In this document: positions 50,101 to 58,163 of the stretch, piece by piece
How the letters are laid out: each line of letters starts with the position of its first letter
Numbering within the stretch: position 1 is the first letter of the stretch
Virus record (IMG/VR): IMGVR_UViG_3300009105_000002
Location: 1 to 64,000 of that record
Source: a virus
DNA length: 64,000 bases
Strand: one strand, 5' to 3'
Translations under genes and position numbers: made by a program
Notes under the pieces: model-generated
The model's input: only the letters and a program-made list of their open reading frames with translations
What the model was told of the DNA's origin: nothing
The model's database searches: none

Positions 50101-51261
50101 CAAGTCAAAATCTATAACCCCTGCTCTCCGAGCCATAATAAGAGAATTGCCATCTATTGCCATACCACCCACTGGTCTTAAATTTCCCATTTGTTTGATT
50201 TGTGCAGGAGATAATTCTAATATTTTTTCCCCTCCCTCGCTTGATTTAATTTCAGGCTTAACCGGAGGTAGCGGAATAGGTTGAGGGGTAACAGCTTTGA
50301 CGGCTATCTTGGGCGGCGTAACTTTCACACCTTTTGCGGCTTGATCTAAAAGTTGTTGAGAGGGAGGCCCAAGTTCTATCGGCTTAACTACCTGCTGAAC
50401 ACCGGGTATATTGGCTGTTGGGCCGGTTATGGTTTGTCCGGCACCTGCTGTATATTCCGGAGTCGTTTTTACAATCTTATACATTTCCCTTGAAAGTCGA
50501 GATATTTTATCAAAGGTTCTTGGATCAAGCGTCCGCTTTAATTCCATTATGGCTTTTCTATCAAGAACACCTTGTTTTATGGCTCTATTTATATTGTCAC
50601 CAACCTCAAATGTAATTTCTTTTGCGTTCCGGATTTGCTTTACAGTTTCATATTTTGCGAATTTATAGGCAGAAGGGCTTACCGCCATAAGATATAGATA
50701 TCCAGAGGGGGTTCCTACGGCGTTCCCTAAAACTGATAATGCTTTTGAGGCACCGGGATTATATCCTAATTCATTGAATAATTGCTCATAACTATAAGGG
50801 TGTCCTTCATCTGCTTCGGCTAATCCTTGTCGCCAAAACCCCCTTACTCTTATGGGTGTTAATGGCTTAAAAGTTTGTCCGGAAATAGCTTTCCCCCACT
50901 CCTGCATTACTCTCGCTGATCCGCTTGACTCTCGGGTTTGTGCTGCACCAAGTTCTTTTAAAGGAAACGCTTTAGCCGGATAACTTAACCCGGCTGTCAA
51001 TACTTCGTGCATACCCATTTTAGGTATATTTGTGCCTTTGTATTTCTCGGGGGAAATCATTGGCATTAAGACTTTATTAAGGGCTATTTTTGAGGTTGAC
51101 TCTGCTGCTGGACGGAGTTTTTCCGGCACGGCTTCTTCTACCTTTTTGACAGAAGCCATCTGTTCTTCGCTTTCACGCAGATATTTTTTACGAGGATCTA
51201 TGTCTTCCCTGACAGGTTGGAACCCAGCAAGCCCTACTTCTTGAACGGGGATAAAAGGCAT
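44197..51261 (-). CDS. Giant internal virion/large polyvalent protein with DNA methyltransferase, HEXXH and ART-like domains
   Basis: HERRH, LAHEIGH, FLDVPY plus DPFAGSG, H..IYLS..YDAVVF..DQIIV; last gene of ejection module. Confidence 0.8.
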   Translation of the reverse strand: MPFIPVQEVGLAGFQPVREDIDPRKKYLRESEEQMASVKKVEEAVPEKLRPAAESTSKIALNKVLMPMISPEKYKGTNIPKMGMHEVLTAGLSYPAKAFPLKELGAAQTRESSGSARVMQEWGKAISGQTFKPLTPIRVRGFWRQGLAEADEGHPYSYEQLFNELGYNPGASKALSVLGNAVGTPSGYLYLMAVSPSAYKFAKYETVKQIRNAKEITFEVGDNINRAIKQGVLDRKAIMELKRTLDPRTFDKISRLSREMYKIVKTTPEYTAGAGQTITGPTANIPGVQQVVKPIELGPPSQQLLDQAAKGVKVTPPKIAVKAVTPQPIPLPPVKPEIKSSEGGEKILELSPAQIKQMGNLRPVGGMAIDGNSLIMARRAGVIDFDLGDISPNDNVIIINKENIADKEYIAEHERRHHKFNKLQESQREQIRELVAIELKNPDSPLWRMVTFLKGDAFGEGEGGYSEDRIIDELFARGLIDKQYNQIVKSAKEKPEIPEWVKEWAKEGEKKFKPVKEVEPSAPKIPQEEKDLIMGMKSEIERGEAGKRIKTETGEWIGQGSTFPQWFRDAWTNLTKKKALDIIDKKEKGEKLTEKQEQIYKNLSEGYGNEERIREEREQLRKEKVSESEIEKTLRAGEAEGDPEGASKKDTEREPEWVTEKQPGESEEKPLRAKHFTTKEGKEALERGERFDFTKKPIHGTGSLGGEEKLGRFAGDRIYLSLEDRIWGKTSIREGEDKIVEVGGLEHLKELKKAGAETFYDYDKQKWMAKVGAKQVIKNLESVEYEIDKGAKIKVVDSIEAYREAEAEVGHPALHQEKEFFDALAKKYDAVVFKNVRKIAKETDHKFFKAILADQIIVLNEDKARIVKPSLAPEAKMSPTPLRPTEEQVEHKDLIKELKAEKPDATQKEFVFEKGKIVQKEKVKEAVKEEPKSIKQIAKETEILEPNVRRIVGVGAKEGTFKRVGKGVYVLRNQGRDVAYIHTGDALEIVPKLVDQGFKADMIFLDVPYKTPAVIGGNRGIKYDYITPEQFYTMVERLGQVMRTSDTPLIYMYSQAKSGLKEMQRYTDVFNRLEMIAVGKGEYTKLQKDGITRVRNMRGDIIEPEGIIVFNFSGKLTKPIKNLNFKLVRPRGYQTEKPRKMLKAMIEMTTEQGEVVFDPFAGSGVTIEQAVATGRKGVGVEISEKAVEEHIKPRVEKAAETPSKEMGAKAITDKVPDVNNPNKINYWEGNVYVEGWCDKCYAGTGFGEYEAQEKVNYAEDMTPKILQQKAKEKGLELIGGEFVETPDKDFIYGVTVGFYKKPVKGGGAGGSSVASKAPKGYGTIESKEEKVRITDRVKVEAGMPPPERINYIKEFLKILSPASVSNLAQVTSQVMRGGLAKLAHKDVTAIEALKKAHRAFTWMNKEDSYKFIDNMEKGLPQENEKLQAFSDVMRKLLDERRESVQNLGKGQLQNFYKNYFPHIWERFEHAKGVIAKIMGKKRLEGTKGFLKERTYMTIKEGLEAGLTPVSNNPVDLVLLKLHEVDRYVMAQNVIRDLKNRGMIRFVYSRKTPPQGFAKINDTAFTVYMPPEITKKEAFDSILVEQLMDVAKSLEIDTKRFVTIGGTRWGYAQWPSTVRTKFASPESVLAHEIGHILGYRFNLFNTFTAYKDTYVHTYVKGKKVGTEEVKPTKEAIEWRKNINEQWRALADARYKGIDAPASYKNYVRKYREKEAVLLEALIHAPEEFKKLAPDIYELFTKFLNEHGQLRPILDIRPSLVLGEADAKIKIPGFTTLGHYYAPKDVALIINNHLSPGLRTSDNKLIATGYNLVRGFGNILNQVNLSLSAFHGLNVTTDVWASTVGLGLRKLTIKGQLYQGLKDLITFPIAPIKVLWEGSRIKRAYKQQMDTIQDPKLRLKVDTMIRAGGRDRIDVFYYNQQIKALQKTFKDILVGSGIEKIAAMAKLPLNIFGSILETAAKPIMEWYVPTGKLGLFSKLAQSEMERAASGEINDEQLWYMLTKVWDSVDNRMGSLIYDNLFWNKTLKDVLMASVRSVGWNLGSWREYGGIPVDLGTAGARIRAGDKLLSHKMAYGIGAMIVYMIIGAIATYVLSGERPREIRDYFFPRTGRKNPDGSDERLSLPTYAKDIYAYATRPLQTFVSKRHPLIGLSMEQFRNKDFYNVMLYDEKDGLMEQLYDRTIHIKNYAKPFSFKNYERMQLTSPDPLLNILISITGIIAAPSYVARSNAQKLMYRYISERMPDTTRTEADFAKTLYRKVQKDRIRKGEVRPWQIKEEAIEVLGRDGYRKLAKDSRLTPFVESFKRLTLEEGLNVYSIATDDERKEILPVLRKKYRDADKPIEEDVKALYMELKISP

Positions 51262-51960
51262 TTAGATATCCTCCCATTCTCCGTTCCCTTTATACCTTTT
51301 TGAGACACCTTCGGCATTTTTATAAACCCTGCCGACTACCAAATTTTCTTCTGGAATCGGCTTTTTCTGAAACGCCCCTTTGACTTTATCTACTATTTCT
51401 CTAATGTTAATACCACCCTTTTTTTCAACAACAGGTTCTGGTGTTACTTCTTCTTGAACCTCTGGATATTTCGCATCAAAGAGATTGGCTAAATCTGCGT
51501 CTATCCCACGCCAATCAGGGCCAAGTTTACGCATTATATAATTCTCGGCTTCTATCCGTGCTTGTTGCCCTATTCCAAACTCCTCTTTATAACCAGAAGG
51601 ATCAATATAGCCGCCGGCTGCAATTCCACCTTTTATTGCTTCTATCTGCGCCGGAGTAAACTTACGCTTAATAGACAGATCTCCTGATCCGGTTACATCT
51701 AAATACCGATTACCTGATCCACCTTCAACTTGGAAATCATCAAGGACGCCTGTTAAATGCTCTTTTTTTACGCCATATTCTGCCTTTGTTTTCTTTTTAT
51801 GGAGCTCCGCTTGGAACGCCATTTCTTTGCCTAATTCCACGTTCTTATTATAAGCGTCCACGACACTATTTATGGCGTCGCCGGTTGGATTGACACCCGG
51901 CATTTGCGCCATTTGGACACCTGTTTGAAACTGCTCCATAGGTAATCTTAATCGTCCCAT
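51262..51960 (-). CDS. Probable ejection (DNA transfer) protein
   Basis: Position; C-terminal VGRVYKNAEG..YKGNGEWE. Confidence 0.6.
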   Translation of the reverse strand: MGRLRLPMEQFQTGVQMAQMPGVNPTGDAINSVVDAYNKNVELGKEMAFQAELHKKKTKAEYGVKKEHLTGVLDDFQVEGGSGNRYLDVTGSGDLSIKRKFTPAQIEAIKGGIAAGGYIDPSGYKEEFGIGQQARIEAENYIMRKLGPDWRGIDADLANLFDAKYPEVQEEVTPEPVVEKKGGINIREIVDKVKGAFQKKPIPEENLVVGRVYKNAEGVSKRYKGNGEWEDI

Positions 51961-51972
51961 ATTTTACCTCTC

Positions 51973-53436
51973 TTATGTGTAAGATACTTTGTCTAATCCA
52001 AGACCTTTCTGCATCATCATACCTCCAAATTTACCGAAGATCTCCTTGAATTGTGCCGCTGTTGCATAATCTATGCCGTATTCAAGCATAATCCTGTCCA
52101 GATCCAATTGTGCTATATCGGCATATCTATTAAAGGTTTGCTCGTCTACGCCTAAAGCGGTGCGCATATCCTCGGCCTCTCTGGTCAAAAATTCCTGTTG
52201 GTGTTGGTGTTCAAGGTTTGCTATATAATTCGATTTCTTCTGTGCCCAATCGCTTTCCAATTTCATCATATCTTTTCTGAAAGCAGAATCGGTTTCTATA
52301 TCGGCACCCGGTCGCAATTGCTTGTAGCGAGATACAAGGCTATCTTTTGCATCTTTATAAGCGTTATCAAAATTCGCTAACTGCGCTGTCTTGTAGTCTT
52401 CCGGTAATCCTGAATATTCTGCCCCTAAACGGCCTGTAAGTTTTTCAAGTCCCAATGTTCCAATCGGTGTAACAGCGCCATCTCCTCCTTTTATCTTTTC
52501 AGAAAGACTGGCGACTTCTGCCGATTCAGGCATTTCCGGTTGTTTCATGCCCTGCGCCGCCATAGGAATTGCAAAACCGGCTAAAGTTTTTGGCCAGCTT
52601 TTGCCCAGCAATTTTGTCATAATACCGCCTTGAGAGGCGGCTGATGATGTTTGACCTGCACTTGGTAATCCTGCCTTTGCTACTGAGGGAGCCGGCCCTC
52701 CGTATAAACGACTTACATTACCGGTAGTGGCAGGCTTTGCTATACCCTGCGCTCCAATTGAACCCGTTGATTTTGGCACCGCTGGCGTTGTTGTTTTTGG
52801 GATACTAAACGCGTCTAATGCACCTGCAGTTTTTCCTGCTGTTGCAGTTTTTCCTGCTGCTGCTGCTGTTAATCCTGTGCCTGTAGCAGCCGTTTTTCCT
52901 GCCGTCAATCCTGCGCCTGCGGATCCTGCAAGTGATCCTGCACCTGCAGCCCCCACGGCTGCGCCTCCTGCAGTTAAAGTCGGAGCTGCAAACATTTGTC
53001 CTGCCGTAGCCATATTACCTCCGGCTCCTATGCCGCCTGCCGTATAACCGGTAGCAGGGGCAGCTCCTCCATATAAAGTAGTTCCAGTGGCAGCAGTGGT
53101 TGTTCCAGTTCCAGTAGCAGCTGGAGCAGCAGCCGCTCCTCCTCCGGCCATAAGGCCTCCCCCTAAAGCAGCGGTAAGGATTCCAATAGTAGCATTTCTC
53201 CAAGTTTTCTTATGCTTATATCTAATCCCGTCTTCATCTTCATGGTTGCTATATTTCGCTATCATTTCGTCCATTTCGTGATCAAGAGTCAACCTGTTAA
53301 GCCGGCCATCCCCTAAGTCCATAAGGAAAATTTTACCGTTTTTCCTATCACAAAGACCGAACGAATCTTTCGCATAGCGATAGGGCAAATTTTCAAATTT
53401 TTCCGGACTCATAACTTCAATTGTAAACTTTGCCAT
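51973..53436 (-). CDS. Ala/Gly-rich pilot/ejection protein
   Basis: AAGGAG RBS before MAKFTIE; long A/G/T low-complexity region. Confidence 0.65.
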   Translation of the reverse strand: MAKFTIEVMSPEKFENLPYRYAKDSFGLCDRKNGKIFLMDLGDGRLNRLTLDHEMDEMIAKYSNHEDEDGIRYKHKKTWRNATIGILTAALGGGLMAGGGAAAAPAATGTGTTTAATGTTLYGGAAPATGYTAGGIGAGGNMATAGQMFAAPTLTAGGAAVGAAGAGSLAGSAGAGLTAGKTAATGTGLTAAAAGKTATAGKTAGALDAFSIPKTTTPAVPKSTGSIGAQGIAKPATTGNVSRLYGGPAPSVAKAGLPSAGQTSSAASQGGIMTKLLGKSWPKTLAGFAIPMAAQGMKQPEMPESAEVASLSEKIKGGDGAVTPIGTLGLEKLTGRLGAEYSGLPEDYKTAQLANFDNAYKDAKDSLVSRYKQLRPGADIETDSAFRKDMMKLESDWAQKKSNYIANLEHQHQQEFLTREAEDMRTALGVDEQTFNRYADIAQLDLDRIMLEYGIDYATAAQFKEIFGKFGGMMMQKGLGLDKVSYT

Positions 53437-53757
53437 GTTCCACTCCTTTCGTGTAAGTGCAAAACAAATCGTTTTTATTTCCATTAAATCTGAACCAACA
53501 AACTGATTCGATTTGTGGAAATCTTGTCTTAAAATAATGCCACATCTTCCCTTTTTTAATTGTAACGCCTCTCGAAACTATCTTGTCTAAATAAATAAAC
53601 CTTCCGTTTAAATCTTCTTTTACAATAGACCACATTGGACGCTTATAGCATTTCTTGACATCATTTGTAACGAAATAAGTTACGATAGCCTTCCTTCTTT
53701 CTAACGGAATTACCCTCCCCTTTAATTTCATCACCAAAAAATACCAAAGCATTTTCA
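53417..53757 (-). CDS. Hypothetical protein (start approximate)
   Basis: C-terminal part of ORF 53417-53977, probable start at MKMLWYF after the upstream stop. Confidence 0.45.
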
Positions 53758-54234
53758 TTAAAGACATGCGCACCCGCCCATTATTGCGTAAATGATTATC
53801 TCCTCTGTATTTAAAACCTTGCCAAAAACTTTTATTTGCGGTTCCGTTTTGATAACTGCTCCAAAAAGCGGCATAGTAATTCCGAGAATAGGTATAGGCC
53901 ATATATTCCGAACCACAACAGCGATAGTGCCTCCGAGCAAGACTCCAATAACCAATCTCGTGCACACCGCAGCCCAAAACGGATTCTCTTTAGTAACCTT
54001 GTAATAAAAGAACCTGCCAATTAAACTCCCTTGGTCTAAAGGCGGAGGGCCGTCGGGGATTCCATACCCTAATCGTAATGGCGCTGCGCTTAACAGCCCC
54101 CACCAATTCCATTTCGCCAAAGCAATTATTACCGGTATTCCTATTCGTCTCCAATTTTTACTCGTCCCTTCTGCTCCTGCCCAACCTCCTAAAAATCCAC
54201 AAGTTATTATCAAAATTGTATTTAGAATAATCAA
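53758..54234 (-). CDS. Multi-pass membrane protein
   Basis: GG..WRR, LGYG, EEIII; similar to 39861-40334. Confidence 0.65.
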   Translation of the reverse strand: MIILNTILIITCGFLGGWAGAEGTSKNWRRIGIPVIIALAKWNWWGLLSAAPLRLGYGIPDGPPPLDQGSLIGRFFYYKVTKENPFWAAVCTRLVIGVLLGGTIAVVVRNIWPIPILGITMPLFGAVIKTEPQIKVFGKVLNTEEIIIYAIMGGCACL

Positions 54235-55067
54235 TTTATCACCGCTATTTTAAAAGGCGTTCCGTTGACTATTAAATTAACGTATGCCGCTGAACTTACT
54301 ACTGCTGCGCCGGCCATTGTATCTACTGCTACTCCAAAATCCCATCTATTTGTGCCTCCGTCAGTTGCTATTGGCCCTGTAAAATCCCCTGTCCTTGCCG
54401 TAAAATCCCCTGTCGCTGTAAGGTCTCCGGCAAAATTACCAGTTCCGGCTCTAAAATCGTGCGTGCCTATATTAACTGCCGTGCTCGCACTTGCATAAGG
54501 AACGATCCCTGTTAAACCGGTTCCAATCCCAAGATATGAAGCAGCGTTTATACTACCAGTCGTTAAGATATGTTTTGCCCCTAAATTAAGATTTGAAACC
54601 GCTCCTACGTATGGAAGTATCCTTAGCCCTGTATCTACTTTTAAACCAGTCGCACTCTTTGAAAGCGTAGTGCCGTCTAAATTAAGGGCCATATAAAAAT
54701 TAAGATTAGCACCGCTGTCAGCCGTAGCCAAACCCTCCCCGGCCGTTAAAATCCTTTCATACGCAAGATCGCCGTGCGTTGAAACCATTAAGTAAGTGCC
54801 ATCAAGAGGAGCTCCTCCGTAGCCGGATCCGGCGAACCTCATCCACACCCATCCAGAATTGATCCAGAAGTATGTCCAAAAATCATTTCCTCCGGTAGAA
54901 TTAGCCGATACCCTATAACAAAATTCCCCTTCCCTGCCTGTCCAAGTTGGTGCAGCAGTAACTATCTGTGAAGAATATTTGCCGTAATCAAGGAGTAGCG
55001 TTACTTTATCCTTAAAATCTATGACCTCTTGAGGCATTTTATAGAAATCGTAATCGCCTACTTTCAT
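54231..55067 (-). CDS. Tail fibre/needle-like protein
   Basis: ERILTAGEGL, PYVGAVSNLNLG / PYASASTAVNIG repeats. Confidence 0.6.
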   Translation of the reverse strand: MKVGDYDFYKMPQEVIDFKDKVTLLLDYGKYSSQIVTAAPTWTGREGEFCYRVSANSTGGNDFWTYFWINSGWVWMRFAGSGYGGAPLDGTYLMVSTHGDLAYERILTAGEGLATADSGANLNFYMALNLDGTTLSKSATGLKVDTGLRILPYVGAVSNLNLGAKHILTTGSINAASYLGIGTGLTGIVPYASASTAVNIGTHDFRAGTGNFAGDLTATGDFTARTGDFTGPIATDGGTNRWDFGVAVDTMAGAAVVSSAAYVNLIVNGTPFKIAVIN

Positions 55068-56536
55068 GCTTTTCCCACTCCAAAGTCCGTGCTCATTAAA
55101 TCTGTCCTATTGAGGTTCCACGGATTTGCCTTACTACTGTCAGATGTAAGTTTATATTGATATACATTGCAAGTTATCGGAACGTCTATGAATTTTACAA
55201 TCTGGTTAACGGATCCAGATACAGCTAATTTAACAGTGTCTCTGTTTCTAAAAGTCCTATCGAAATTAAGGGCTTCACTATAGGTCAGAGTTCCAGAAGA
55301 AGTTTCCTCAAAATACATACACATCTTACGTTGCTTTGAAACTACATTGGGGGCCTTATTGAACATGAACGGGCTCTCATACCACTCGTTTACCCCTGTG
55401 GCTCCCACGCCATTTCCACTATCCAACATCCAGCAATACCCTTGATAATCAAACGCCATAAGATACTGCCTATTAGCGCTTTCAGCCATCGTCATATGAA
55501 AGAAATCCTTACCATACCTGTAAGGGAACCAAGCCCCTGTCCGGAGGTTTAAACACGCCATATGCGTAATTTTGCTTGATGGTGTAATCGCTACGGCTAT
55601 TTTATAGAAGTTTTCATTGGTGTCCACTTCCGCAAAAGAGTTGGGAAGCTGACTATCGTCTATTTTTTCTAAGGCAAATTCACACATTTTATTATCGTTC
55701 TCGATCGCACCGGAAACTATTTCGTCGTTAGATCCGTCAAATATCCTCACTCGCCTATCCCAACAAAGCATCATTATTACTTCGCCATAGTCCTTATAAT
55801 TCACTTTCTTAATCGTGCCGGGAACGGCTCCAAAATCTTTCATTTCCTTATAATCGAAGTCCGGGTTGCCTCCAACATATGAAACCTTAAAAATCTTATA
55901 TTTGGTCATTATGTAAAGAAGTCTTCTGTAAAGAACGGCTCCTGTAATTTCATCATCTTTTGAGGAAGGGAGACTGAACGAATTATCCCAATCGCCGTTT
56001 ATCATTGAATTAAAATCCTCATAAGATACGAGCCTCTTATCAGCTTGGGAGTTCATTAAAAAAGCAAATCCTTGAAATTCTATTGAATATTTACAGTTAT
56101 TCGCCGAATTTGAAAGAACGGTCATTTGTGTTCCTGAAGTTCCGGCCCAATACAAAGGAACATCATAACTGTCGTTGGTAGCAATCAGGTAAGCCTTGAT
56201 CCTATCAAAATACATTCTGCTTGCAGTTTGACTTGTTGCTATATGAGTAAAAGTGCTTCCTAAATTTGTTGAATAAAAAATGCCTGTTCCGGCCCCTACA
56301 ATTAAATTTCTCGTGGAAGCGCCGGATCCGAAGTCAAAGCTCCCCCACCCTCCGGTATTTGCGGTAATGGCCCCGTTCATGGATTTAGCACCGTAGATTT
56401 TCTGCAATGAGCCATCCTGAAACTTCATATTCATACAGTTAGGCGACTGTCCTTCGCTTAAGGAAAATACATTCCTTATAGTGCTTAACCCGTCATTGTA
56501 TTCTTTAGTTGAGGCGTCGCGAACTTTCTGTATCAT
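55064..56536 (-). CDS. Tail nozzle/stabilisation protein (P22 gp10/T7 gp12-like)
   Basis: GLST..QSPNCMN start, beta-propeller-like pattern, position. Confidence 0.7.
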   Translation of the reverse strand: MIQKVRDASTKEYNDGLSTIRNVFSLSEGQSPNCMNMKFQDGSLQKIYGAKSMNGAITANTGGWGSFDFGSGASTRNLIVGAGTGIFYSTNLGSTFTHIATSQTASRMYFDRIKAYLIATNDSYDVPLYWAGTSGTQMTVLSNSANNCKYSIEFQGFAFLMNSQADKRLVSYEDFNSMINGDWDNSFSLPSSKDDEITGAVLYRRLLYIMTKYKIFKVSYVGGNPDFDYKEMKDFGAVPGTIKKVNYKDYGEVIMMLCWDRRVRIFDGSNDEIVSGAIENDNKMCEFALEKIDDSQLPNSFAEVDTNENFYKIAVAITPSSKITHMACLNLRTGAWFPYRYGKDFFHMTMAESANRQYLMAFDYQGYCWMLDSGNGVGATGVNEWYESPFMFNKAPNVVSKQRKMCMYFEETSSGTLTYSEALNFDRTFRNRDTVKLAVSGSVNQIVKFIDVPITCNVYQYKLTSDSSKANPWNLNRTDLMSTDFGVGKA

Positions 56537-56538
56537 TT

Positions 56539-57642
56539 TTACTCCCTGTAATCATATTCCTCAAAATCGCCCTCTAAATCAACCGAATCCAAGCGAGTTA
56601 GATACCTTACCTTTGCGTCCGTCATTATGGTTGCTGTTTTAACATGATGATAAGCATACATAGGATCATCTTGGTTACCTATCAATTCCCGCACTGCTCC
56701 GTGCAATACGGCCAAGTGCATAAACGCCGGCATATCAGGAACAGAGCTGATAACATATTCTGCGCCTGCAACGGAAGAATTTGTGAAAAGAGTTGATACG
56801 GTCAGGGAGGAGTCGTGAGTAATGCCATTTATCCTGAACCACTCGCTATCCTCTTGTATGCCATTAGCGTTTACCCTGATATAATCGCCAGTATTCGCCT
56901 CTAAAAAGCGTGATCCTGTGCCTGTAACGGTGCTTGTGGATCCTGTAATAGTAATCGTGCCCATAGAAGTTTGTCGTAGAGGTTTTGCAACTCGGAAATA
57001 ATCATACCCTAAAGCAATCCCATATTGAGGAGGAGGGATCAATTCTACTTGAGGGTTCCCCGCAGTATCATTTGATACAATCCGGCAACAGCTTGGAGTG
57101 CCCGGCGAGGCAGAATATTCCCTGTAATACTGAATATGTCGCTTTTCCGGAATAATAGTTTTCTTCCCACCTTGCCATAAGATAAGGCCTCCCTTGATTG
57201 GAAACCTATCAAAATCCGGCGCTAATGCGTATATAGGTTGAAAGATATTATAGCTTTGGCTTGAAATATTTGTAGTGCCGGCAATAGGAGGATTAACTGT
57301 GCCTCCCGTAGTATCGGTAAAAGTAAAATCATATACTACATCATTTCCTGAAATCTTAATTTTTCTGCCTGTCATACCTGCAATAAGCGTGGTTCCTGAA
57401 AAAGTCAACTGTGTTGCGCCTGTATTCGCTGAAACTGTGCCGGTGTTATATTTCTGGTCGCAGGTAATCGATGAACTTGCCTTCATAAACTCCCAATCAA
57501 ATTTACCGCTTATCTCCTTCGTGGCCATATCGTTCACTGATCCACGCACTCTTGGTCGATCATTTTCAGAACCGGAACGTGAGATTTCGGCGGCGCGCTC
57601 AATGAGTTCAGTATAAGGGATTTCGTTAATATTTTTGCTCAT
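56539..57642 (-). CDS. Head-tail adaptor with inserted beta domains
   Basis: WEFMK, YALAPDFDR, VPDMPAFMHLAVLHGA. Confidence 0.65.
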   Translation of the reverse strand: MSKNINEIPYTELIERAAEISRSGSENDRPRVRGSVNDMATKEISGKFDWEFMKASSSITCDQKYNTGTVSANTGATQLTFSGTTLIAGMTGRKIKISGNDVVYDFTFTDTTGGTVNPPIAGTTNISSQSYNIFQPIYALAPDFDRFPIKGGLILWQGGKKTIIPEKRHIQYYREYSASPGTPSCCRIVSNDTAGNPQVELIPPPQYGIALGYDYFRVAKPLRQTSMGTITITGSTSTVTGTGSRFLEANTGDYIRVNANGIQEDSEWFRINGITHDSSLTVSTLFTNSSVAGAEYVISSVPDMPAFMHLAVLHGAVRELIGNQDDPMYAYHHVKTATIMTDAKVRYLTRLDSVDLEGDFEEYDYRE

Positions 57643-57753
57643 ATCAAAACCTCACTTTGAATTTAAAACCTACGTATCTCTCTCCACTTGGAGTAGTTAA
57701 ATTACCTATCTTTGTATGAGAACCTACAAAATAGATGACTTTCCCGACCCTAA

Positions 57754-57966
57754 CTACTCCCCGAATTTTTTTAACAGTTCTTGCCCCTTAAACAAAATCT
57801 TTTGTATCTTCTCTAAGGTGTCAGCTATTTTGTTTACGAGATGATCTTCTGCCGGTTGAAATACATTTATAATTCCGGCGAGCAATTTTAAAATAGCGCC
57901 TATAATACCCGTTGCCATGCTGATTACTTTAAGCAACCATGCGATTCTGTTGGTTATAAATCTCAT
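57754..57966 (-). CDS. Small amphipathic holin-like protein; possible -1 frameshift extension to 57644
   Basis: Hydrophobic N-half; A-AAA-AAA at 57772-57766 followed by stem-loop. Confidence 0.55.
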   Translation of the reverse strand: MRFITNRIAWLLKVISMATGIIGAILKLLAGIINVFQPAEDHLVNKIADTLEKIQKILFKGQELLKKFGE

Positions 57967-57968
57967 AA

Positions 57969-58163
57969 TTACCTCCCGTTTTTTAACATAAAATCTTTTA
58001 AATCTTCTATCCTTGAATTCACGTCATCTATTCTTGTATCAAAATGACCTCGTAAGCCCTGAACACTTTCTTTTATACTATTTTGAGCTTGGTGACATTC
58101 TCGCGTTTTAACATATTTGCCATTCTTTCCCGAAAAAGTAACGTCAAAACCAAGTAAATTCAT
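57969..58163 (-). CDS. Small coiled-coil protein
   Basis: GGAGG RBS; YVKTRECHQAQ..RIDD. Confidence 0.55.
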   Translation of the reverse strand: MNLLGFDVTFSGKNGKYVKTRECHQAQNSIKESVQGLRGHFDTRIDDVNSRIEDLKDFMLKNGR

